The position numbers were made by a program, and so were the translations under genes. The notes beneath the pieces are model-generated. The model had not been told where the DNA came from. It worked only from the letters and a program-made list of their open reading frames with translations, and did no database searches. Positions 48,601 through 59,600 of a stretch of DNA of 64,000 nt are shown here, piece after piece (the first letter of the stretch is position 1; each line of letters begins with the position of its first letter). Source of the DNA: Amoebophrya sp. A120 (taxonomy: Eukaryota > Protista > Dinoflagellata); the NCBI GenBank assembly GCA_905178155.1, contig CAJINV010000004.1:1713929-1777928 (forward strand). Reading direction: 5' to 3'.

Positions 48601-51592
48601 GTGAAGGAGCAAAAGATCAGCAAAGAAGTCGCGGTGCTTCATCGGCACTACACACGAAGGCGGAACAAGCTCCACTGGGATTTTTGCCTGGCCAGAAAAC
48701 AGCAACTGTAGAGGCTCCTGTAGATGACGCACCAGAACTACTGGAGCACAAGAACGGCAGAGGAGGTGCTGACCATGGCGAGATTGTCCTCGCGGCTTTG
48801 CAAGATGAACTCAAGCTGCAACCTCGAGGATTTTCCTATCAACAAGCTTCTCCTGCTACTTCTTCCGGGTCAAGAATTTCTGGAAGGCTTCAAGATCACG
48901 CTTCTTTGACGGAGAACTTCCCTATGCAGCAGGAGGAGTCTACTTTTCACGCCGCCCTCTTAGCACGCCGACCACACAGCAGGCCGCCGCGACGTGCTCT
49001 CACGACTGTGTCCACCACTCTGGCCCTGGCGGACTACTTTTCCACCGTCATATCGACAGTAAATTTCCTGTACACGTACAAATGCTGTCTCTGCATGAAA
49101 AAATTTGCCTTCAATCCTAGTGTAGCATGACAAGTTGTACACTGCAAGTTAGCAAAATGTGTCATGCATTTTGTACATGTACAGGAAATTTTAATTTACA
49201 TTGCATACGTCACTCACCACTTTTACGACATTTTCATTTACACCAACCGACAACTGATTCTCACCGGCAGCGCCGCTGCCACCTTTGCCTCGGTCCAGGC
49301 CGAGTACGTGGTCGGCTTACTCGTCGCGATCGCGTCCAGTAGGGTCCTCGTGGCGTCCGCTCTGTCACTGCTGGGCGGTCTGGCGGAGGCGTTGCTGAAC
49401 CAGAAGGCGCTTTTTCCCTTGTCTCAGCACGGCGGCTGGATTCTCATTTTGACTCTGTGCGAAGCGCTCCCGGTATACGCCGCATTGCTGGCGCTGTTGC
49501 AGCAATTAATCGGAGACTACGTGTTCTCCCTGGTGTGCCTGCTGTTCTTAGCGTACATCTATCCACTGCAAATTTATATTGCCTGGATGTAGAAAACAAA
49601 GGAAACTTGTCATGGTGCTGAAGTACAACTTCGCAGATGAGGAGCAGATTCAATCATCGCAGTTGGCAAGCTCAAGCAAGCATGACGAGTTTTTTCTCGG
49701 CGCCAGTTCCTCGCTGTGTGAGTATTTGATATGAAAACATCCACTTTCGTCGCGAGTAAGCACTTACATCAAACAAGTCCGAGTGATGTTGTCGGACAGC
49801 ATGCGGTTGTACAAACGCTAGATCCACATTAGACACACATAATGTCCAGTTCCAAGAAAGCCAGACATAAATATTTGCAATGTCGATGACACCGCGACGG
49901 GAATCCGCACCGGTTGGAGACTGCTGACTCTGCGGAAGATGAATTTCGACTTGAGTAGCCTGAGTGCGTCCTCTATCAAGGAGAAAAGACCCATCCCCAC
50001 GATCCAATTTGTCATGCACAACATGCATGAAGTCCAGTGTTTGCCATGCAAAAAATGGATGGGGATGGTTTTTTTTCTAGGGATATCCTCGGGCTTTGGG
50101 CTTCTTCGTGGAGCGGACGCGGAGGAGGCGAACCTGCCCAAGGTGGACGGACAGGCTCTGCTACCCCCGGCGGAGGACGGCGGAAGGCAAGAAGGCACTC
50201 CCCCTGGAGCCGGGGCGGCAACAAGTACAAAGCAGACGGCGAGCAGTGTGCCAAGAACATCGGCAGTTAGTGCCTCCGCAAACGTGGACCACAACGATAC
50301 AAAGAGAATCAGCACCGCGCAGCTTGTTCGAGATGAACAGGAACCACACAGCTTCCAGAGGGCACAACCTCGGCCAGCGGCATTCCGGCAAGGCAGCGGC
50401 AACCTCGAGTCCTTTAACGAGCACCTCGAATATGCAAATACAGATAATTCCAATTTCCCGCACACGTACAGAATGCATGAAAGTTAATGAATTCTGGCAG
50501 CTATAATTTAAGAAGAGCCTGCATTCAGAATTGTAAAAATGCTGAGCACTACTAGTAGTACTAGTAGCCCTTTGGCTAAACGTAGCCCTAGTAACTAGGG
50601 CTAGCGCCGTACTAGCTCAAAGGAAAGCTTTTGTCAACATCATGCGGGAACGAGCGCAAATCGTACGTGTAGTCTGGAGGGAAAAATGAATTTTCTTTGG
50701 ACATCAAGGAAAAGCGGGATGTGATGTATCGTTACATCTGGCTCGATTACGGGATGAAGTTTCTCTGTCTAGCCCTTCTGGTTTTCACTCTCTTCCTATG
50801 AGAGTGCACAAGTCCCGACCCTCATCCAACTCATTTGTTTCCACGAGCCGTTGCCTCTTGTTTGCACTGCTTGCATGACCAGTTCCGGAAGGCGAAACAC
50901 GACTAGAATCGGGCATCAATTTGTCATGCAAAAGCTGCATTCTTGCCAGGGCTTGTGTTGCTGTGAATGCCATCCAAATGAGGGGGAGGGGGAGTTGTGC
51001 TCTCTCATACTTCCACTGGTGCTCGTCGCGCGGCTACACGGCGCTGCAAGCCGAAATCTTAAAGGAATTGCTGGAGCCGATCACGTTGATAGGATTGATT
51101 GTTGATGTGGTCACGAAAAAGATCATCACCGCTGTCGCCGGGACGGATCTGATCTTGTTATCAACTGCAAATTATGTAATCTGGGTCTGGAAACTTGTGA
51201 TGCGCGTCGGACGAGCATGAGGACATTTGTCGCAATTTTTGCTGGAGCAAATGGCAAACTCATTTGGAGCATTTGGGTACAACATACATGACAGACTTTG
51301 GAGTTCTTGTTTTCATGCTGGCCGAGCATGGCAAACCGTGCACTACTCTTCCAGACCACCCAAACATATAATTTGCAATCCATACTGATACGGCTACTGC
51401 AAGACCGAGCTTTGGTCCTTGCGGAACCGCAACAGGCTTGCCGGGTTAGACGTGTCGGAGTTCGCGGTCAGCGACAAGCAGATGCAGGTTTCTTTGGAGG
51501 AAATGGGGCTTTTGGTAGGGGCAACGGAACTCGACGCGTTTTTAGCTGGGCCGGGGGGCGGTGGAGTAGAGAGCGGAATAAAGCGGGCGTAA
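45610..51592 (+). CDS. Multi-pass membrane protein of unknown function with a Cys-rich loop; 10 introner introns
   Basis: Several hydrophobic segments (FFIVSIVSVFFTIVSVLLLL, LAWLIAFAPPFLFLLIY, GGWILILTLCEALPVYAALLALLQQ, FLCLALLVFTLF); frame restored at each element. Confidence 0.7.
46294..46561. mobile_element. Introner family A (reverse)
   Basis: DR ctcca/cacca. Confidence 0.9.
46752..47058. mobile_element. Introner family E (TIR tatggaagcgtcaggatc, ~58 bp)
   Basis: DR attct/attct. Confidence 0.92.
47133..47281. mobile_element. Introner family B
   Basis: DR gcgca/gcgca. Confidence 0.92.
48304..48515. mobile_element. Degenerate B-like introner
   Basis: Right end tacttttgcagtggat; DR decayed; frame restored. 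Confidence 0.55.
49051..49207. mobile_element. Introner, single-copy family H
   Basis: aaatttcctgtaca/tgtacaggaaattt TIR; DR cgtca/cgtca. Confidence 0.85.
49560..49888. mobile_element. Introner family A-like (degenerate)
   Basis: DR acatc/acacc. Confidence 0.7.
49974..50085. mobile_element. Introner family D (short subfamily), in-frame and stop-free
   Basis: DR tcctc/tcctc; homologous to 2201-2317. Confidence 0.88.
50431..50706. mobile_element. Degenerate introner
   Basis: Starts tatgcaaat; approximate right end; frame resumes KRDVMYRYIWLDYG. Confidence 0.45.
50797..51009. mobile_element. Introner family I (TIR tatgagagtgcacaa)
   Basis: DR cttcc/cttcc. Confidence 0.88.
51159..51384. mobile_element. 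Introner family A-like
   Basis: DR cttgt/ctgat. Confidence 0.78.
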
Positions 51593-52554
51593 TGAAGTAT
51601 CGAGAACGGTGAAGCAGAAGGTGGAGGCTTTTGTGCCACTAGTTGTTGCCCAACCACACGACAGTAAAGCGTTTTTTTCTTTCCCACTTCAGGTGCATTA
51701 GTATTTTCTCTTTACTTTTTTACTTTTGAGATTCAGCATCAATGTCAATCATGAAATATTCATCACATGATGAATCCATCACACAAGTGATTTTCAAAAC
51801 AGTGCAGTTGTGCCCTCTGTAAATCTTTTCGCCGCATCATGGATGGTCTCGCTTCTAATTCAATCTCAGATGAAAAAGAATATCTCACTCAACTCGTGAC
51901 GGCTTTTTCTGTTTTCTCGCTTACTATGCCGTGGCGATTTTCTGTTCAATGTCAACTTACGCATTAGTCATTGTGAACCTTCTGGTTCTGTCAAGGTTGC
52001 TTTATCGGGGTCATCATCGAAATCGAACTTACTATGCATTCTGCTTTTACGTATATGTTCTTCGTAGCATGACCCGGGGAAGGCATTCATCGCGAATGAA
52101 GCGTCCATTATCGTCGTCTTCCTATTGAAACACTGAGAAAAAGGAAGGATGACGAAGCGTAGATTGAGGCAAAAGGTCTCTGCGTCAATTTCGTCAAGTC
52201 GTTAGTATATATTTCGTAGTCAAGAAATCATCGTGGCTTGGATTTCGAGGGTCTACTGGGGGCAGCTTCTGTAAAAACCTTTTCGTAAACCAAAAGGATG
52301 CAACTTCGTGTTTCATGCATGTAGATTGTAGAAGTTCTAGTTGTTCTTCAACATTACTCGTATACAAAAATAGAAGGGATCGATTGATTTTTAGCAAATG
52401 ACTTTCAACAAATAGCAGTACTTCTCAGCTGCGCGGTCCAGGATCAGGTGGGCTCTTCGATTCGCATTGTTTGGTTAAATATCCCTGTCCACGAAAGTAA
52501 ATAAAAAATAAAAAATATAGATAACAGACCACGTACAAAACAATAATAAAAAAG

Positions 52555-55049
52555 ATGCTTCTTGTACTTGTTCCACCTTTTACATCGTGGCGAGGACGGC
52601 CACGCCTACGAGCTCAGCCACCGCTCGTGCTAGCCGCTCTGAGGGTCATCGTCGCGCACCTCGGATGTCATCTAGTATCGCCTTCCCACGGCCATCTCCG
52701 AGGTCAAAACGGAATCAGATCGCGAGCAGGAGAACAAGAAGACACGACCGCGGCTGGGGAAGACTCGACTCAGTTGATGACGAATGATCCACACGAGGAC
52801 ACGATACAGACACAGGCGTTTTTGGAGCTGGACACGTCGGGAGAGGGCCGTTCTACTTCCATGCTGGAGGAGGGAGAACAAGACCAAGATGATCTACTTC
52901 TCTACTCGGGAAAAACGTCAACAACAAGAACAGCATCAGCAGCCCCCGCCGCGAGCTCGACCCTGTTGGAGATGGAAGTCGGGACCAGAAGTATGGAAGC
53001 GTCAGGATCCAAATCGACAAAGTTGAAATAGAAATTATTTGTCATGCATAAAATGCAACCCACAAAGTGCCTGTCTTGCAGCGTAGGCAAGGGAGGCAGA
53101 TTGTAAGCCTGCTGAGGGATAGAAATAGAGCTGCTAAAGTAGTATGACAAAAGGCGCCTTCCTTACCCAAACAGCATTACAAACTGGATTTAGGCACCAC
53201 CAAAATTTGTCATGCGCCACTTACAAACTGGGTTCCAACTCGCATCCATTTTGTGCATGACAAATCATTTCAACTTTGTCGATTTCAAACCTGACACTTC
53301 CATAAGAAGCAAGCTACCAGAAGGTGGAGCCTTCTCGTTCCGAGTATGCAATGCAAAAGCATCGTACTAGTATAAATTGCATTACAAATTAGCCCAGCAT
53401 TACAAATTTGATTTGTAATGCGGATTTGCCTTGAGAAAGAGATTTGTAATGCATGAATGCAATTACTACGAGTGCGATACTTTTGCACAGGATACAGAGA
53501 GCCGCTGCGGCCGCACCAAGTGGGACTGATCGGAGGTAATCACTCGTTGCGTGGTGTCAAAACGATCAACGATCTGGATTTCTACGACGAGTATCGCGGT
53601 CACAAAATCGGGCACCTCGAGACTGTGGTCGGCCTCTTCACACAGTGTCACAAGCTGCCGGCAACCAGTCCCAATTCCTGTCCCGATACGAGCATCGTGT
53701 TCCTGTTGGGGGATAGCTCTCTGGACAACAAGCACTGGCTGTATCCCACGAAAAACGACAAAGGAGAGCCAGACAAAGCCAGCCTGGCCGACGGCTCATT
53801 CACCGCCCCGGCTGTCAACGGCTACGAGAAGGTTGTGGGTGCGAGCGGGCGGATGGTCAAAGACGTCTGCTACTGGCTCAACCGGAAGTCCGCAGAATCT
53901 TCGAAATGGTTCAAGCAGAACGAGGAGGACGTGCTGGTGAAAGAGCACCCGTACCCACACCTCCTCTTCGTGAACTCTGCCGTCGAAGAGTCGACGCTTT
54001 CCAGCCGCGCATCGGGGCTGCTTCCCCAGGACAAGTTTGTTTCGAACCACCTCAAGCCGCAGGATATTCTCTTGGTCTCCGTGGGGCACAATGACATGGC
54101 GTTTCTCCACGTGCAGCAAGCGGCGCGGGTCTATGCAAGAAAAAAACTTTGTATAGTGTAACTCTGAAATGCAGAACATGCAAGAACAGAGTTACGCCTG
54201 TCATGCCAGATAACCATGAAGTCCTCTTTTCGTGTGTGTTTTCCCTTACAAGTCACGCATGACCGGATTTCTCTGAGATGTAGAGCAAATTTGTCATTAC
54301 ACTTACGCTAACCAAAGAAGGTTACACTAACACAGTTTTTTTCTTGGATAAGGTCCTGCAAGAGGGCACGACGGATGAAAAGCTGACCCAGTTGGCGGTC
54401 GAAAACTTTTCCCATATTTACAAGGAGGACACGGAGCGGTACATCAACAGTATTCTCGGGGACTCGACGTGCAAGATGGTGGTGGTGTGCATGCTCTACC
54501 ACCTGGATGAGAATGACGAAGCATTTTCGTGGTGGGAAAGGGGGTTCCAAGCGCTGGGCCTCATTGGCAACCCGGAGAACAAGCGGCGCATGAAGGTGGT
54601 GCAGCACGCGCTTTTCGAACACGCGTTGAAGCAGCTGCAAATCCCGAACGCGGAGAAAGTGGTTCCCCTGGAGCTGTCGCGGGCACTGGACGGGACGAAC
54701 TCGCTGATGTACGAACAACGTGTTGAGTATGGCGTTCTCAAATGTTACGTTCTCAACTGTTAATACATGATTTGTCATGCAAAACTACAATCTATCAGAA
54801 TCTGAATCGGCACGGTCAAGCTGCTTCGCATGACAGATTCTTGAAGGGCCAAACAGGCTGAGAAACTGTTCTTCCAAATCTTCCATGCGAGACGCGCAAG
54901 GTCACCCCGTCCACTTTTTTCATTCTTGCGTCACAAATTCATGTAACAGTTGAGAATGTAACAGTTGAGAGCGCCATATGGAGCCCAGTGTCCTGGGGGG
55001 CGAAAAACTGGCGGACTTGATTCTGGACACCATCAAGGAAAACTTGTAA
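52555..55049 (+). CDS. SGNH/GDSL-hydrolase-like protein; 4 introner introns
   Basis: Block I IVFLLGDSSLDN, block II NSAVEESTL, block III LVSVGHND, C-terminal VEPSVLGGEKLADLIL in the last exon (54979-55049). Confidence 0.75.
52992..53304. mobile_element. Introner family E (opposite orientation to the 46752 copy)
   Basis: DR agaag/agaag. Confidence 0.92.
53345..53494. mobile_element. Introner family B (reverse)
   Basis: DR ccgag/cagag. Confidence 0.9.
54132..54350. mobile_element. Introner family D
   Basis: DR gggtc/aggtc; GT-AG register 54129-54352. Confidence 0.88.
54728..54978. mobile_element. Introner family C
   Basis: DR ttgag/tggag; alignable with 1853-2098. Confidence 0.92.
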
Positions 55050-56619
55050 ACGCCGGAAAATGTGGTTGACGATGTACAAACATGATTCAGTACCTGATTT
55101 TCAATGAACAAAATGAGATTTTTGAATGTTCCAATGTAAATACGACTCTGCTCCGTCTGCATGCTTAAAATTAATATAGATATACACGACTGCTCGTGCT
55201 CGTCGTTCCGCCCTCCGTGATTTTACCACGCAAGCGCAAGAATACGATAGTGCTACCCTCTGTTTAATTAGCATCACTGATTATTTTCAACAACATCCTT
55301 TCTAGGAACCCAAACTTTTAAATGTACGAACAACTCGAGCAGAGCGACGACGTTGGCAAATTGATTCATTGACGTTCAATAATCTTGCATCTACCCTTTA
55401 CCTTGACAATTGGGCTGCACTTGATTGTTAAGGCTACTACTCGCACAAAAATACTCAGAAATTATAGAGTGCGGCGATATAATGTAGAAGAAGTAATTGT
55501 TGAACTACTTCGTGGTCGTCTCGTGCATTTCCATTTCGTTGCCTTCGAAAGAAAAACAGTGGCTTCGCTTGAGAAGCGTCGCTGACTTCTCTTTAGAAAA
55601 GGTCTAGCTTCAGTTGATGTAGATTTCTCTCGACGTTAGTAGCAACCTACAACCACGTCACCTATTGGAACGACGCTGGATAAAATAGAAAATGTAGTTG
55701 CAGAAAAACAACGACAGGCAAATAAAGAGATTTTGCCGATCGTCGCTATTTGACAGACCACACGGACCGCTTGATGAATTGCACCAATTGCATCAGCATT
55801 CATCCCGTGCTGCTTCTGCATAGTTGCTAACGCTATCCACCTCTTTTTGAGCGAAGCAAATGTGAAGGCGATGAAGCCCGCCGCTTTCGCGCACTTCTAC
55901 TTGTTACGAGGGCCAACTCAATTCTCAATTCCACATGTTGGAGTGGTATTTTTCGCAGTAAGTACATTGCGTGATCTTCTTGAAAAAAGTGGGCTATGTT
56001 GACTGACGCGAAGGATGGCGAGCGCGCATTACACCAGTGAGTGTTGAGGGAAAGTAGGCCGCTTCACAATCCTAAGAGTGGTGTTCGAGATGAAAGAGCA
56101 TTTTTGTCAAATGAAAAACCTCAGGTGTCAAACTTCGAAGCATTGGCTTGTTGGCCTGGACGGACACAGAAAGGAAAGAGCGCAAACTCATCTTCAAATC
56201 GTTGCAAAGAACTTCGTTGCTGCAAAAGCTACTTTTAATTCTTCGTTCTTTGGAGTCGAGAAAACAGAGAAAAATCACGTTACTCAGGATCGATCCGAAG
56301 CGAGATAGGCTACCAGCATGCAGCGACCTACTTTTCGAGCATCCATCGATTCGTGTTGCTGCAAACGAGCTCACGACCGTGTTGTGGGCCTCTGCGTGAA
56401 AGATTAACAAGACAACCCGATGCTGGATCGGCGGCGTGACTTTTTGCTGGAAAAGACAATCATCAAGCAGGAGCGGAGCCGCAGGAACTACATCAACGCT
56501 TCACAAATTCCACGTCCTCCGAAATAAAAACGAGGACTGAATCGGCGCAAGACCTACAGCACCATCATATCACAACAGACAAATCCAGTGAAACTGCCAC
56601 GGCATTCGATCGCGGCAGC

Positions 56620-59600
56620 ATGGTGGTCCACCTCCAGCAGGCCCCGCCTGTGATGAATAAGCTGCGGGTGCGTCGCAGCACCGACCACGCAGAGTTCGTA
56701 TCCTGTGGAAAAATATCGTACTCGTATAAATGCATTACAAATTTCCTCAGCATAAGAAATAAAATTTGTAATGCTGATTTGCCTTAGCAAAAAGATTTTT
56801 AATGCATGATTGCAATACGAGTACGATACTTTTGCACAGGATACTTCGATTTTGACGGCGAAAACGAAGAGATCCCGACCGAGTACCACGACCACCCTAT
56901 TGTCGTGTCTCTACGCATTGCAAAATTAAAATTATCGTACCGAGTACAAATTGCATGACAAATTTTCTCAAGAACAACAATGTTTATGTTGCAACTTGTC
57001 ATGCTAGATTACTTATGCACCGAAACAACCAAAATATAAGACAGACAGATCTGTAATGCTGATGGATGACTGCGATTAGAAGTACTACGAGCGCGATGTA
57101 ATATACTTTCGCACAGCATAGTCTCAGACATCCAACACGAACTCCGCTTCGTCCTCCTACGCAGAGCCGGTACTGTACACGAGCGGGCTACAACAGCAAA
57201 AAGGGACCACCACTGCGAACAAAAGTGCCACCTCGAATCAACAGGTAGTTAAAAGCAGCTACAATGTATCGAACAGGATGGAAATGCTGATGAACCCACC
57301 CAGCTGCACATCATCAGCGACTCAGCAACCTACAAGAACCCTTCCGCCGAGCTTTCTCCCCAACAAAAACAACAGTGGCATCGCGTTGCTCCGGAAAAAT
57401 CAACACCAGGGAGGTGGTGGCGGGAGTACTAGTGTCTACAACCAGCGTTCGGCAGCTCCATCAAGAGCTGCAGGAGGAGGAGTTGCAGGAGCAACCCGCG
57501 TATGCTGTGCAAAAGTATCGACGTACTCGTGTAAATGCATTACAAATTTCCTCAGCATGAGAAATAAAATTTGTAATGGGGATTTGCCTTTAAGAAAATG
57601 ACTTGTAATGCAAGACTTGCATTTATAAATATGAGTACGATACTTTTGCACCGGATACCGTGCGCGCAGCGCCAGCGTGACGACGCACTATACCCGCGGC
57701 GGTGTTGGCGGTGTAGCAGCAGCAACGACCGCTCCAGTGACAGAGGCCATCAATCGGGCGCTACAATTCGGGCATAGTGTTAGTAACGATGATTCCGACG
57801 TATTTTTAAACACGAGCTACGACAACGACTCCTTAGCTTCGAGGTCGACCAATTTTCAGCCAATGGCCCCGCCTTTCGTGCCATCTTCGACAAGTAAAAA
57901 CCCAAGGAATCCACCGCCCGTAGTTCACCAGTCTTCAACGGCATCGCTGCATCGAGGAAATTTTCTGCTGAGACATCCCACCGCGGGCAGTGGTGGCGCG
58001 CCACCGCGGGCAATGAGCGCAACGAACCGCAGATTTGCGACGCGGCGTGGAACAAATTTGGGAGCGGTGAGCAATGTGCTGCTCGTTCCGATGCACGGAT
58101 ATCTTGTGCAAAAGTATCGTACTCGTATTGCAATCATGCATTACAAATTTTTTTCTCAAGGTAAATCCGCATTACAAATTTAATTTCTCATGCTGAGGAA
58201 ATAATGCATTTATACGAGGACGATACTATACTTTTGCAATGCATAACGGAAAAACGGTGACGACGCCAGAGAACTCGGTGAATACCTCGTTGCTGAGTGG
58301 TGCCAGTGGTAGTGGAATGGCAGGCCAACACGTGGTCGACCGAAATCGACGAAGCCCTCACAGTTGTGCAGCAGCTGCAACTCCAGGCGGAGTAGTCGAC
58401 CCGTTGCTCCAATCTGCTGCCGCGCTCGAGCAAGCTCTGTTGGAGAAGGAGCACGAAGCACAGGAACAGAACATTGAGTCCTCTCTGATTGCCAGGACGG
58501 TTTCGTTCTCCAAGTTAAGTGGTAAGCACGACGGAACAAATACCGGGACGAACACTACTTTTGCGAATCTTCATAATGCAACTTATGATTCGGCGGGGGC
58601 TTCGAGCAAAAATTCGGCTCTGCGTCATTCGTTTTCGGAGCAACACCTACAGCATCCCGCGCGCGCGTCTCCTGGTGCGGTCGACTCTGCAATGCAAGCA
58701 GTGTTGTCGAACTCTTCGCCGATCGAGAGAGATCATAATCAGGGACAAGGAGGAATGCCGGCGCGGCCGCAGTATTACGGAGCGCAGGAGCAGCATCATA
58801 GCTTCTATCAACACGAGAACTACACAGCTGCCGTCGCTGTAGGAGTACCACGGCAACACGCAGTCCCTTCGAATAGCAGTGGAATAAATGGTGCCATCAT
58901 GCGCATGCACTCTGTCCCGGTGCTGAGTCACTCACATCGAGGACATCCCATACAACTTGCGATGTCGCAACAGCAGGGCGGCCCTTTTTACCGGTTTCAT
59001 TCCGGAAGGCAAGGGCTGCAACCGACTTCTATGGGTTTTGCTCCCGCCTCCGAAGCGGGACATGAGCACCACGCCGCTCCGTACGCTTTTCCGGCCACGA
59101 CTTTTGCTTTTGCGGGGCATTTTTACCCACATCAACAGCTCAAGAGTTCGCAGCCTAACGCTAGTACAACAGGCAGCAACCCCTTCGAAACGCCGCAGCA
59201 AAGCATCATTCCGCCCCACGTGGCCAGTGCCGGACCGGTCCCGGTGCATTCTAAATTATCTGTGTCCCTTATGACAGTGCACAACTCCCCCTCCGCCTCA
59301 TTTGTATAGCATCAACGGCAATACAAGCGTCAGCAGGAGTGCGGGTTTAGCATGACAAATTTGCACAGGAGTGTAGTGCTATTTGGGCTACCAGAACTTG
59401 TCATGCATCATAGTGACAGGAGGCAAAGCGTAGATTTGGCACTTTGCATGAGAAATGAGAACGAGGGGGAGTTCTAGTGCACTCTCATATCCCTGCAAGA
59501 ATCGCAACAGACAGTCCTGGAGGCCGGCGCCGGAGCACAACATCAAGCACCACCGCCAGTGCCCACATCGCACTTTTCCACGCTTCAGTTCCAGCCAACG

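Noticed and set aside
2384-58183. Recurring short peptides in the ORF track (VQKYRTR, CKNVWVW, FQTQTFLHL, YEYDTFA) as a protein family
   Set aside because: They are translations of the introner TIRs in arbitrary frames and strands.
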